NCBI RefSeq assembly: GCF_964355755.1
Contig: NC_092679.1
Location: 18,087,432-18,151,431 of the forward strand
Length of the DNA: 64,000 bases
Reading direction: 5' to 3'
DNA from: Antedon mediterranea
Taxonomy: Eukaryota; Animalia; Echinodermata
The notes beneath the pieces are model-generated. The model was not told where the DNA came from and searched no databases. It saw only the letters and a program-made list of their open reading frames with translations. Position numbers and translations under genes: made by a program. Positions 35,549 to 49,100 of the stretch are shown piece after piece; position 1 is the stretch's first letter; each line of letters begins with the position of its first letter.

Positions 35549-37506
35549 TTGTTTGCAAGATACTATTGTTAGTTCTTCGTCATACTTACCATTTTTGTCA
35601 TTCTATCGCAAATGTCTTGCTGATGCCTTGTTGTGTGACAGAATAAATATGCAAAACACAGGTACGGTATTTTATGATGGTATGAATTAATTACCTTGTA
35701 TACGGTAGGCCTAAACACATCATAGTCTGTTTATTCATATGGTTCTGTATCTCATAAAAGTAGTGCTTTATGAAATCATAGGTTCAACATCATTAGGTCA
35801 AAGGTTACTAATTTTTGTTTCTAGAAATAGTAGTATCGTTAAGTTTAAAAAAAATATAAACTGTTGTTTGCATCAGACTAAACCTAATTCCTCTATTACT
35901 ATCACTCAACCAACAGATTTGCAAGATCATCTGTCTGGCATCATTGATCATAATGCCACAGTGGCACTGACATTTTGTGATTGTAGTAAATTATTAATCA
36001 TGTTTAATATATATGTAATTTTAAATATTATCCAATCATTATTATTATTCTTTTAGATCAGATACACAGCCCAATTTTAACAGCATTTCCAAAAGCGACT
36101 CACTATTCGGACATTATGGATGCTTTCAGGGTATGTATCATCATCATCAACTTCTTCCTTATCAATTCATCATTTTCATTATCATCAACTTCATTATCAA
36201 TTCATCATTATCATTAACTTCATTATCATCATTATCATCATCTTCATTACCACCAACTTCATCATTATCAATTTCATTATCTCAACATTATTTATTATAA
36301 TATCTCCTTTCCTCATTATCATCACCGTATTCAATTTGTCTAAGGAAATCTGTTTTGTTTGTTTTCAGAGTGCTTGGGCAGAAAAAAAGAGGTCCCTAAA
36401 GAAAATAGACAAGGTAAATTACATTACATTACTTACATATACAGTATAAATTATTTATAAAAACTACTGTGGAGTGTCAGGGTGTTGAGAAATTGGTCAG
36501 AGGTATGAACGGAAGACTAGTGATCTGGAGGTCGTGGGTTCGAGAACCAACCCAGAATTATTTGCAAATTTGTTCGCAAGTATTCTCAATGTACTTTGTA
36601 TAAAGTACAACTTATGTCACAGTAGGGCAAAACATCTGACCAGTATATATTACTTATAATATTCAATATATTATATATTCAATACTTATAAAGATAAAGA
36701 TTATAATATGGTTGATAATTGGAGATGAATATTTTTTTTTTCTTAGAGAGATGCGGGGCAAATTAAAAGCCTGATGAGTGGCATCTTTATGGACGTTGTA
36801 TATCCATTATTGCACTCAACTACTTTGCCACCTTATAAGTGGGCTGATATTGATACTGAAAATGTAAGTAGTCAGAATAGTATAAAGCTCTGTCTACACT
36901 ATGAAACTAAAAGTTTGATGTGCCTAAATATGGTAGTGATATTCCCAAATATGGTAGTGATATGACATCATCATGTCCATATATGGGCACATCACATTTT
37001 GTTGTCACAAAAAGTTTGATAGTGTAGACAGAGCTTTAGACAATTATATATATTATTAACTAATGATATACCACTTTGGTTGGCTTCAGTTTTCCTAGAC
37101 CTACTACCAAAATACATTTGGTCTTCTGATACAGATATCAGGAACATTTACAATATTCACAGTAACACCGTCCACTGCCTGTGTCCTCCTGCAGATTAGG
37201 GTACACCTTGAAATGGTCTTTTAATATAATATAATGTTGTGTTTGTAACCATTTTTTCAACAATCAACCTACTGTATTACACAATAAAAAGTTGGGTTTA
37301 TAACCCAGAATTCAATCATTTTGATATTAATGTTTTCTTTTTACATTTTACAGGAAAGATGGGAAGCCATTGCTGAGTTCATGAAGGCCAACAGAGAAAG
37401 CAATGTACTAGCTAGTCATTTGCTCTCACCACACACAATGCATAAGCCTTTTGATATGTCAGAACTAACGTATGATCTTTGTTCGCTATACACACAAAAG
37501 AGGTGA
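35549..37506 (+). CDS. NPHP1: Nephrocystin-1, last five coding exons (35549-35661, 36057-36130, 36369-36413, 36747-36863, 37354-37506)
   Basis: GT-AG exons splice in frame to ...[107 protein letters not shown]. This matches, from memory, the human NPHP1 C-terminus ([43 protein letters not shown]). Confidence 0.85.
36137..36330. repeat. Degenerate (CAT/TAT)n microsatellite in an NPHP1 intron
   Basis: Direct observation; it explains the spurious Ile/His-rich ORF 36120..36449. Confidence 0.8.
36886..37035. mobile_element. MITE, PIF/Harbinger-like
   Basis: TIR agctctgtctacactat / atagtgtagacagagct flanked by TWA; partial copies at about 44255-44370, 47930-48038 and 53810-53890. Confidence 0.7.
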
Positions 37507-37719
37507 TCCTCAGTGGGGTGACACAGAGGCCTGAGGCCCATGGTTCAGAAACCTTAAGTGGCCCTGCAACGCTTGTGGCCTTAGATGTTTTCAGCCTTTT
37601 TCATTGTATTTTAAAGCCTGTGGGTTTAGCTAGTGAGCTCATAGCTGCTACGCCACTGGTGATCCTAACCTCTATGCAATAGGATGAGAAGAGAGTGTTG
37701 AACAGTACTTCAAGTGGTG

Positions 37720-37790
37720 TTGACAGTTTGGTGGTTAAGATGTTTGCCTACCAATCTCAGCATCCTCGGTTCAAATCATGTTTCTCACTG
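37720..37790 (+). mobile_element. Degenerate tRNA-derived SINE head
   Basis: A-box-like tggtggttaag and B-box-like ggttcaaatc with no complete cloverleaf; a similar head occurs at about 36490-36555. Confidence 0.45.
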
Positions 37791-39203
37791 CGCAAAAGAA
37801 CATTCCCGCCCAAAAACAGTTTAAGTAAAACTTTGTCCTGTGGACAGTGATAATCGCCTAGCTATTAACTGTAAATCGCAATTATGCCAAATACAATTGA
37901 TAAGCATTTGAATATTTGTATAAAACATTTTGTGTCCCACTACCAGGCACTACAGTAGTCTAATTTTTCAGAAAATTATGATATTCCAAATTTGTATTTA
38001 TGAGACCATTTGGACGTAAACAAAAAAGTGTGGTTTTGAAAGAGTAGGCCGGTTGGGAGAGTTCAATGTATTAGACCAAATATATTATTTAACAAGTATA
38101 GTCATTTGATGAATTGGTTTATCAGAATAAACCAGGGGTCATTATATTTAATGTAATATACTTTATATCTGTTTTGCCAGTCGAGAAAAAGACAATAGAT
38201 TCATCATCACAGCCATATTGTAATATATTGTTATAAGTTAGTCATTTCGAGAAAGGATCATCAAGTGGTGATCACAGAGTAGTGTCACATGTATTTCTAA
38301 TTTGTTTCAGTTATTATAATTTGTTATAAGTGTACGTGTTTTGACTTATTTTATTTATTGAACTTCTCACTAAGATGTACATCCAAAGAAATAGTCATAA
38401 AACACATTTAGTAAAGGATGGTCCAGTCCCAATTGCACAGTGGCTGTGTGTGTGTACACCTGGATAACCCCCTATTCACCTCGAAAGATGTACCAGGTTC
38501 AAGTGCACATGAAATAGGTGTGTACACTGGACCTACGGTTTATAGTCCTTGTCCGAGAAGACTCGTTCTCAGGGGCGCAGCCAGCGATGAAGTAAAGTGG
38601 GAAGTCGGCCGATAATTGAGTATTTTGCGAGCGAGGCGAACAACAATTGGCTGGGGGCCAGGGGCCGCCAAGGGTCCCCAGTCGGGGGCGTTCTAGACGC
38701 AGTGCGCAGGTGAAATCAAACCTGCTCGGTTTGCTTGTCAGGACCCCCTGACCTCCATGCACCCACTGGCTGCACCCTTGGTTCTACGGAGTTCTACCAC
38801 CATGGAGCCTCAAACTATTGCTGATTTTATGGCTACATAATTAATACGGTTCTATGTCTTAACCGCTCGACTACTCACTCGCACTCTTAATTTTGGGTAA
38901 ATTGTTGTTTCATTGAAAGTTCTAGATTTCTTAAGTTTAAACTTTTGTTGGTGGCGCTGTTTATTGAAAAAAAAAAAGAAATGTATGATTTTTTGACTCG
39001 TCGTGTGTGCCGAAAAAACAGACGACACGACACACACCGCGACACTCGCAGTACCACCGGTAGTGCAGCACCCATTCCCTCATCATTTCTTAAATCATGT
39101 TAGGCTAGGCCTTGTGTGTTTTCCCGAATGTTTTATCATCACAGCATTACATTTTCACATACATGATAACACCCAAGGCTCCTCTGTCTTGTTTAGAAAG
39201 AGA

Positions 39204-42200
39204 ATGGCACACATTCATGATTTTATCGCTGGTTGTTTTGGAGGTAAGTTTAAATCAGTCTCTGTCTTTACTAGGCCTCCTAGCTAGGCCTACATTAATT
39301 ATTAGGCTAGCCTATTATTTTAAATCCTGGCTAGGAGATGTTTAGGCCTAGCTAGTAGCCAACTAGGCTAGACCTACCTAATAGGTCTGAGTAGGACTAT
39401 GTAGGTGTTTTTCTACCGCTAGCTAGGCAGGCTAGTGCAGGCAATATATAGGCCTAGGGTAGGCCTAGGCCTATAACGCCTTAAAAATATAATAATACAA
39501 GATCCCTCCATACATTTATTCGTCCAATAAATTTAGGAAATATGCTTTCCTTTGGCATTGCCATTGACACATTAATTAAAAATAAAATAGTATAGGCCTA
39601 ACATTTCTTGAAGTTGAACTAGGCCTAGGCCTAGCTATAATTTTTTTTCACACTGCCTTTACAGAAGCTTTTTGTAGGCCTAGGCCTATGTCTGAAATTA
39701 TCGTAATTAACACTAACAGTCCCAAAATCTCTCTGTTTAAACGTTCCCAATTGAATTGGCCTATATATAATAATTTAATCAAGGCGACTGAAATGTAGGC
39801 CTATTCCTGTATCTATTTATTATTTTGATAAATAAATATTTTCTTTTATAACAATCAGCACATCGGAGTACCAATATTATCAGGTAATTTCTATGTAATA
39901 ATGCGGTACCTACAAATACGGTAGATAATATTTCTTTGCTTTATAACTGATATCAGACTAATGACAAGTGTTAAAATAAGATAACAGACTGTGTGTGTGT
40001 ATTGAATGTCAAAGATTTGCAATTACCCTGTATTATTATACAAAATATTTGACCAGCTGATCCTATTCCAAATACTGTACAATGTTACGTGAAGATGGTA
40101 AATATAAAAAAAAAAATCACCAACACAGTAGGAGAAATGTTTCACAAGGTATACACAGTTTGATAGAGATGCCCTACCATAGAACAGAAAGGCTGACTCT
40201 GGCGGACTGAATTGAAACTAAAAATCTAATACCATAAAATACATATTTTTAAGATGTACTGTAATTAGGTTTTCTAAAGCTACTGGTATTGAGTTTTAAA
40301 AGTATGCACTTGAATGTTTGAGTGTTTATATTAAAAAAGTATGGTATTTCATCCAGTCCATAGTCCACACAGAAGTAGAGAATTAACTTAACAAACAGCA
40401 CAGGGTAATGACATAGCTTCTTCAAGTTTTTCAAGTTCAGTGACCTATATTTAGGCTGTGCAAATTATTTTTATTTTAAGCCTTTTTAAAAAAACATTTT
40501 CTCAGCTACATATTTAGTTGCTATGTTATTATTTTTTAAGGCTTGAATAGTTTAGTAGGCTAATGTGGTACTGTTTGCTTCTGTTCTACAACCAGCTTCT
40601 ATTGTTTTATTCTTTACTTTGCATATACTTCAGGGCCGTACGCAGGATTTTATTTGGGTGGGTGCGGATTAATATATTTTGGACCATTTTCATAATATAA
40701 TGTATACACTACAGATTTATTTTAAGACCCTATAAAATGTGGACCTTTTGCAATTTGTGGGTGGCCGTCGAACCGCCAACCCCATCTCCAACCCCCCTCC
40801 TGCGTACGGCCCTGTATTTTGTAGAAATATTATTTTGAGTTTTTCGGTGGTAGTAGTAGTAGTACAATGTCAATCGTTTCAATAAATTATAACTGAAGAA
40901 ATAATATATGGTAAACTTAAATATTTATTATGCTGAGGGAAATATATATTCCTGAAAGCAAATTATTTTATTTGGTTGTTTTATTAATTTTTTTTTTTTT
41001 TTCCTGACAAATTTGGTAAATATTCTGCTTATCTTCCCGGAAATTCACATCTAGGTTTAATTTGTCTTTTTTTGAGATCGTTGACCGAAATGGATTAAAG
41101 GAAACAAGATCGTATGATGAAAGATTCATCAAGGCTGTAGCACATTCAGTATTCACATACTAATAATAATATTATGTGGTAATGTGACTATAATAGAAGA
41201 CCTTGTACACAGCTGTTAGTATTCATAATGATATGATTTAACAGGCCTACTGTAGCATACAGAAATTAATATAGTGGGGTTAAGCACAGTAGTGACTGTA
41301 GTGTACACTAGAGAGGTTTATTTTTATACATCCCTGGTTACTTTTAACACTTACAGTAATGTAGACAATCTGGCTGGTATCCCATTATAATGTCGGTGTC
41401 CATTGTTTTTTACTATTCAGACTACCACCATTTTTTAGAAACAACTTATAATAAAACTATATACTTACTATGTTGTTAAATTATTATCGCAATATATTTG
41501 ACTTGTGGGAAATTAATTCAAATTATTGATAATTTATTTATCCATTTTTTTACTATATACCGACTACCAACATTTTTTAGAAATCATGTATAATAAAAAC
41601 TATACAGTGTATAGTTTTTATTATACATGGTTTCTAAAAAATGTTGGTAGTCGGTATATAGTAAAAAAATCACTTACTATGTTGTTACATTTTTATTATT
41701 TTTACTATGTATGTTTTATTTGTGAAAAAGTAATTCGTGAATATTATATTTATGGATAATTTATTAATCCATTTTTAGTCGCGTGGACGCGACTCTATAG
41801 TTCACTATGTCAGTCAGTCAGTCTGTGTGTCTGTCGGTCCGGTATCACTATGCATTTTAGCACGCGACTGCCGCTGTTGGCCTTGTTTTTACTATACAGA
41901 CTACCACCATTATTTAAAGAAAAAAAAGTATAATAAAACTATATGTACTTACTATGTTGAATTTTTATTTTAGTATATTTGATTTGTGGAAAAGTAATTC
42001 ATGAATATTAATTGTTGATCCATTTTTTTACTATATACCGACTACCACCATTTTTTTAGAAACAACGTATATTAAAAATATACACTTACTATGTTGTTAA
42101 ATTTTTATTTTGCTGTGTATATTTGATTTGTGGAAAAGTAATTCATGAATATCTTATTTATGGATAATTTGTTTATATTGTTAATCTAATATTTGTGTTG

Positions 42201-45200
42201 ATTTTAATAACAAAATAAAAACAGATTACCAATGGTAAAACCTATTGAATTTACAAAATATAATAATTGAACCGGTACATCATTATCTAAGGTATCTCAC
42301 GCTGCAAAAAAGAAACTGCATTGGCAAAAAAATATTCAGACTTTTGTTAAGCAAATATTGTACAGTAATATCACTGAATAACAGATAAGAATGGTTCAAG
42401 GCTTTTCAATGCTAATGACACTTGAGAAAGAGGATTATAGAATTACAGTAAAATAGATCTTTTTTTCTTTCACGTGTTTCGATTGACCACAAAAAATCCC
42501 TGTACTTGGATGCAGCCATGACAAATAATGTGGCGAGGTTGTCGCAAGAAAAAGGAACAATCAGTGTCAAAAAGTGGTCTGGTTGAAACCTTACCAACCG
42601 TACAGTACTGGTGGCTATGGCCCTGATTTTTTCGAAAAAGTATTTGTTAATAAATAATTTGCTGGGGCACCAAGTGCATACAATACGGACAACCACCCTT
42701 TTACGATACTCAAACAACCTATTATAAATGCCGCTGCACACCTTCCATGCTATATCATAGAGGAATGACTTAATTCCTCCTCAGTTATGTATCCTACAGA
42801 CCCAACCTCTTGTGCCCTTTTCAGTTTTTGGGACCAACCGACCCACCAGTCTCATTCATTGTACAGTTTGTAAATGGCTATTAGGTGTGCTTTTTGTAAG
42901 ACATTAGCCTAAGACTGACTAATCCCCACACAGCCTCCCTACTCATGTCTGATTGCAATTTTAGTCATACCAGTATAAGAGACTTGTGGTTCTCCTCAAG
43001 GTAAAACATTTTGTAGTAATGTATAAATACTGTATAAGAAGGTTTTAATTCTGAGTGGTTTATTTTTGTTTTTTAGGAGCAGCAGGTGTGTTGGTAGGCC
43101 ATCCATTTGACACTGTTAAAGTAAGTATTGTATATTTTCATTGTCAAATCTAGAAATTTTACTATTCTATCCACCATTATTATATTTTGCTGAACCCATA
43201 CTGAATATAATTTTAAAACATTTGTATTTTTAGACCACTAGATTCATCATTTCTTTCTAAACTTGGATTACTACCATGTTTTATTGTCAGCACTATACAG
43301 TCTTCTTTACCAATTAATAAATAATCATTACCCTATTAATACCATCTTTTGAAAAACATCAAGCCTTGCATTCTGCCGTACTTTCATTATCACAACACTG
43401 TTCTGTACAACAACCAATTGAGGAATCACGATATCCAGGCATAGTAGTGAAAGCTAATACGGTAGTATTAGTATTACCATAATGTCGCCTATTAAAACCA
43501 TTAAAAGAAAAAAGTCAACAGCTCAATATTATTTACTAAATATCGACGGACTGTGTTTATTCTGTACACTTTACCATCTGCCACACAGTATGCCAAATAA
43601 AATAACTCTCATTCTATCTAATTTAAACAAAAACAAGCATAAATTAATATTATAAAATGGCAATGGTCTGAGGTTAAAGAAGGAAGTATATTTAACAATA
43701 CCCCACAATTAAATATTTAAAGTTGGTTGTACATTGGTGGGGGAGGAGGCCTGTACTTTTACAATACTCCAAACTAATGACAACAATTGTGCTAGTCGTA
43801 GAAGGTGGTCCACTATTCTTTGATACCAACTACTATAAAATTAGATTTAATTTAATCTCCAACTACAAATGGTGGGCTGTACTCACAATGTTAGTGTCAG
43901 AAGTATTCATTACAAGCTACTGTAGATGGTAACACTCTTTTATATCAAATTATTCAATCTGAAAATTGGGATAGAGCTTATGTATACACTACAATAAAAA
44001 ACATTTATTCAATAATATTAATAATATTTATAACAGGCTGGTAGTAATTCAGTGATAATGATGGAATTAGAAGAGGTCTGAAAATATAACATGCAAGAGT
44101 TTGCGTTTTTAAACATTATTTTGAGAATACCTTTATACTGTAATCAGTTATTTGGAGAAAATAGACGTTTAGTATTAATCAATTTTGCCTCTCAGCAGAT
44201 TTTTTGTTGTTGTTTCATAATGCTATTCCAATAATAATTAACTTTGAATAAAGATCTACACTATACAATTTTGTGTGATGCGGCCATATATGGACATGAT
44301 GATATCATATCACTAACATATTTGGGCATATCGCTAACATATTTGGGCACATCACACCTTTTTTTTTCAAACTATAATTGCTACAAACTTGTCCTTGAAA
44401 ATCTAGTGTGGTTTTTTAAGTGTTTGTACATACAAAAGATCAGACCGTGATTGTAGCCTTCACACAATCAAAAGAACAAAAACCAAATTCTGCAGTGCAG
44501 TAATTTTGTTATGCTAGAGAAGAACTTTTTGTTAATTGAAATTCCTCTTGAAAAATCAACCTTTTATAATTCATGCTTGTGTCTGAATATTCACCAATCA
44601 CACTTATTTTATATTCAATTTTTTCCTTATATTTCCTTAGTATTAACTAATGGTACTTGGACAATATAGATTTAAGGATTTCCTTTGAATTAATATTCAC
44701 TTGACTGCAAAGATAATTTTTAAATTTTAAGGGTATTCCCCTTACCATAAGGCCTGAAATGAAAGCACAATTACTAATTCATCCGCCATCAAACTTTTTC
44801 TTAAAAAACTCCTAACTAAAACAAATGAGCAACCCACCTACCACGCAAGCACATTTAGCCTTCCATACATTTACTAATACTACACTAAATCAGTTTTGAA
44901 ATTTTCAACTAGCATATGAGAATTCTACTAGCAAATTGCCAGTTATTGCAAAAGGCAATAAGTGAATAACTTTATTGAATCTACAAAAGGTGTATTCAAT
45001 GTTTGATTTTATTCATCTTTATTGTTTGGGGGATATCTTTAATAATTTTCAACTTTAAACATTAACAAATTATTATTTTTTGGTAGGTGAGATTGCAAGC
45101 ACAGAGTTATCACAATCCTAGATATTCTGGAATCATTAACTGTTTTTCAACAATTATAAGAAAGGAATCGGTATGTTCTCACTATTTTCGCTTGTTCTTT

Positions 45201-46123
45201 CAAGTTATTGTAGTCTATTTCATGCTTAGCTTACCTGGATAAACCAACAATAGCCTTTCTCCTTGAAGAGCAAAATATAAATAACTCGAAAAGTAGAAGC
45301 TTTCATTGAACTCCTCCTATCCACAAATGGTATATTACATGAACTATGTACTCAAGTGAGAGCCTCCCCACAAACCACATAACCACAATCATTCTAACCA
45401 TCTTGATATTTTTTACTTCAGGTATTTGGTCTTTTCAAAGGAATGTCCTCGCCCCTTATAGGCCTTGCTTTTATTAATGCAATTGTCTTTGGTGTGCAAG
45501 GAAACGTGGTAAGACTTTTTGAGAAGGAAACTTTACGCACTCAAGTAATTGCTGGCGGAACTGCCGGCTTTTTGCAATCCTTCATTTGCAGTCCAATGGA
45601 ACTGGCTAAGACGCGGCTGCAACTTCAGGGATATGGGAATGGCAACGGTGCAAAAGAATACAAAAACTCAGTTGATGCAATCATGAAAATATTTAAAAAT
45701 GAAGGATTTAAAGGTTGTTTTCGTGGCTTGAAATTAACAATCTGTCGCGATTCGTTGGGCTATTCTATATATTTTGCAGCTTTTCATCAATATTGTCAAA
45801 TGTTTTTATACATGTCGAATCAGGAGTACTTGCGGGTCTGGGAGTTACTACTAGCTGGTGGGTTCGGTGGGATGACCTCATGGGTCACGTCAGTTCCGGT
45901 TGACGTTATAAAAACGAGAATCCAAGCTGACGGAATTCATGGCAAAAACAAATTCAACGGTACTATTGATTGTATACGAAGTGGTTTAAAAGAAGAAGGA
46001 ATAAAAGTATTTACTCGTGGACTTGGCTCCACGTTACTACGTGCCTTTCCCGTCAATGCTGCAACGTTCACAGTCGTGTCTCTGTCGCTTGAACTTATGC
46101 AAGTCGATGAAGAAGATAGCTAA
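39204..46123 (+). CDS. SLC25A29: Mitochondrial basic amino acid carrier, SLC25A29-like; exons 39204-39243, 43077-43120, 45087-45170, 45422-46123 (289 aa)
   Basis: In-frame GT-AG splicing gives [32 protein letters not shown]...INAIVFGVQGN...SPMELAKTRLQLQ...PVDVIKTRIQADG...LLRAFPVNAATF, with three Px[DE]xxK carrier signatures; adjacent to YY1. Confidence 0.9.
40631..40814. mobile_element. MITE with CAGGGCCGTACGCAGGA termini
   Basis: Perfect 17-bp TIR; flanks tactt/tattt are compatible with a 5-bp TSD; same terminus type as 13338-15912. Confidence 0.75.
41772..41890 (+). mobile_element. Short Helentron-associated (DINE/HINE-like) element
   Basis: TTTTTAGTCGCGTGGACGCGAC hairpin, (GTCA/GTCT)n, a 3' acgcgact repeat and a short stem before a T-run. 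Confidence 0.55.
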
Positions 46124-49100
46124 AATGGATACCTTATTTTTTTAGGTATTTTTTATTACCATACTGACGCAGGTATAAGCTCACCACATGAACAAAAAAT
46201 CACTACTACAAAAAACTAGAAAAATGTAGACTATAGTATTGTCAAAATTGCAAGGAATTCCATGGTTTTATCTATATTGTTAATAAATTTGCAAATACAG
46301 GGCGCAATTTGTTTACATCGAACATACAGTTAAAAAATAATGTATAATTAAATTATTTTCATTTGGCATGCCAGCTTGAGTCGCATAAGCAGGAAACCTA
46401 CTATATCCTATATTTTAAAAACTATAACTAGGATTCATATGTTCATAATTCCTTTTTTAGTAATTTGATACAGAATACTGCACACTAACATTAACAAGTA
46501 CAGTAATACATTATATATTTTACAAAAAACATTCAACTATATGCTAGGCCTTCAATATTTAGGTCTAAAACAACATTTTACTTTGCACAAAAATGTTATA
46601 AAGTTAGGTAGGCTTTTACCCGAGGATGGGCTTATACTGCGTCACTATGGTATCATAAATACGGTAATGGAATACATATTTGCGAGTATCAAAGCAATTT
46701 GTGAAGTAGTTTGGTTGAAAGTAAATTCTAGGGTAAGATTAATAATTAATGACATAGTAAACAATTTTCTATTTTAGGCAATAATTAAATTCACTTTATT
46801 CATAGAGTTATTCATATATATATTTGAATACCTGTATTCATATCCAATTACATTAATTCAGTATGATGCAATGTATTTAAGAAAAGATATAATAGTACTG
46901 TATTCGATACATGTTCAGATTAATTCCTACTTTTATTTTTGGCAACTACTGCACATTTTAGTATATGTACTAGAAATATTATACATTTAATAATCGCTTA
47001 TTTTCGCATTACAGAAAATTTAGTCATCTTATGGAGTGGTGTATCATTGTAATATTATAAATTAATTTTAATTTGTTATTTTATTTAGTACTCTAATGTA
47101 TGTTTTTAAGTTGACAAATTTTATTTATATATTTATTTTCTGTTTTAAGGTCTACTAACTATTATAACAGTACTAACACTAAGCCAATGTTTATGTTTTT
47201 AAGTGCAAATATTTAATTTATGCACAGAGTTAGTTGAGAGTTTTTATGTTTCTCTTTCTTTTGTTTAACATCTTCCTAAATTACTAGTATCTACTTTTTA
47301 GTGCAGTTAAAAAAATTATGCTCTTGGGGAAAAAATGTTTTTAATAAAAGAAAGTTACTACAGTATTACTATATACCATATACAGCATTTTACTCATTCT
47401 ATTAAAAATGTATTTTCCCTCAAAATCATGAAAAATAAAGATTTTTTTTGTTTTAATAAAGTTAATCACTTTCATAGAAAAATATTTTTTACTTATAAAA
47501 AGACAAATTATATGGTTAACTTGTACCAAAACATATTGGCTTGAATTTTTTTTCAATCCAGTTTTTGGTCAAAATGAGTAACTATTATGGGACATTAAAA
47601 TGGCATACTCAACAACAAAAAAAGAAGAAAAATTTCGGGAGGACAATATATATTTAATGTTGTTGGTAGATTATTTTGGATGACTTTATTATTTAGCAAT
47701 TTTAATTAAATCTACTTACTACTACTATTGTATTATCCTAATAGAAGAAGATGCAGTTGAATTTATGTATGGTTGATACAAATATGTTAGTTTATATATC
47801 GGTATTTTATTATGGTAAATTGTATCTGCTTGCCTAAGTCTAACAATTATTTTATAACACGTCAAGTGTATACTTGCCATTTGATTGGGGCATTATGTGT
47901 CTTTATTTGATCCATCCTAAAAGCGACAAAAAAATGTGATGTGCCCATTATATGGACATCATGATGACATTACTACCATATTTTGGTACATCACACTATT
48001 TTTTTGTCAAACTAGTTTGATAGTGTAGACAGAGCTTAAGTTATTTTTTTGATGCATCAAGTGTATACTTGTCATTTGATTGGGGCATTTTGCATCACAT
48101 GCCATGGATTCAACCTTATGATTAGGTGGTACCTTTCATGGTTTGTGTAAAGATTTTGAGAATATACTGTAAAAAGCAACATGTAGTGGGCATCAGCTCT
48201 ACTCCATGGCTATATTCTTCATATTTTTCTGATGGGCAACATTTTGTGTATTCTTGGAAAAGATGTACTGGTCTATTTTACTCAGTTCCACCTCATTATA
48301 AACCAGTATAGCTCTCAACTCAATTGTGTCCATTCCACTCATAAACATATGCACTCCGAGCCAGGCTGGGTATTTCTGCAAAGTTTATTTGCAGAGATTA
48401 TTTATTGCTTTTTACCCATGCTATGGTGCACATTTTGCAAATACGTTTTGTGTACTGTTATAATTTACAAAAAAATATATCAATTATTCATAATAAGCAA
48501 TAGATTCAATAAGCATCATGAAAGTGTATTGACAATTTTCCGATACATTTTGCAATGTAGTGTTAGTTTATACTGTTGAAGTTCATTAATATTCCATTTT
48601 TTTAAAGGTTTAGAATACAAAATATTATATATATTTATTGATATAATTATTATGTAGCTCATTTTGAAAATTATAATAGACGTAGTAACTGTATGTAGAA
48701 TATATTTAATTCAAATGCTATGATGTGTGTAGTATAAATTAAATATTGTATTTAATTTAGACATATCCAATCATGTATAATTTTAACACAATAGGTGTTA
48801 AAATTACATTTTTTGCATTTTTTTTAAATATTAATTTTTGATATAAGGTGAAGGAGTTTTTAATTTTGCGACAACCTGGGACGTATATTTTATGACATCA
48901 CATAAATGTATTATTTGCATTTAGTAATTTTCGTCGAGTTGTGTCACACGCTTGATTGATTCTAGGATCCCAGTGATGCATGAATCACATGTATTTTAAC
49001 CTCCTTGGGTTGATCATTACAAAATTTAAATTAATTTTTTTTATAGAGGGTGTCCTGCATGCAGTGGAAACTGACTACGAATGATTTACTTCATTTTCGT

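Noticed and set aside
36480-36560. tRNA gene
   Set aside because: A B-box is present but there is no acceptor stem or full cloverleaf; better explained as a SINE head.
41380-42170. Locally repeated actatataccgactaccacc blocks in SLC25A29 intron 1
   Set aside because: Degenerate local duplication with one inversion; no coding or structured-RNA signal.
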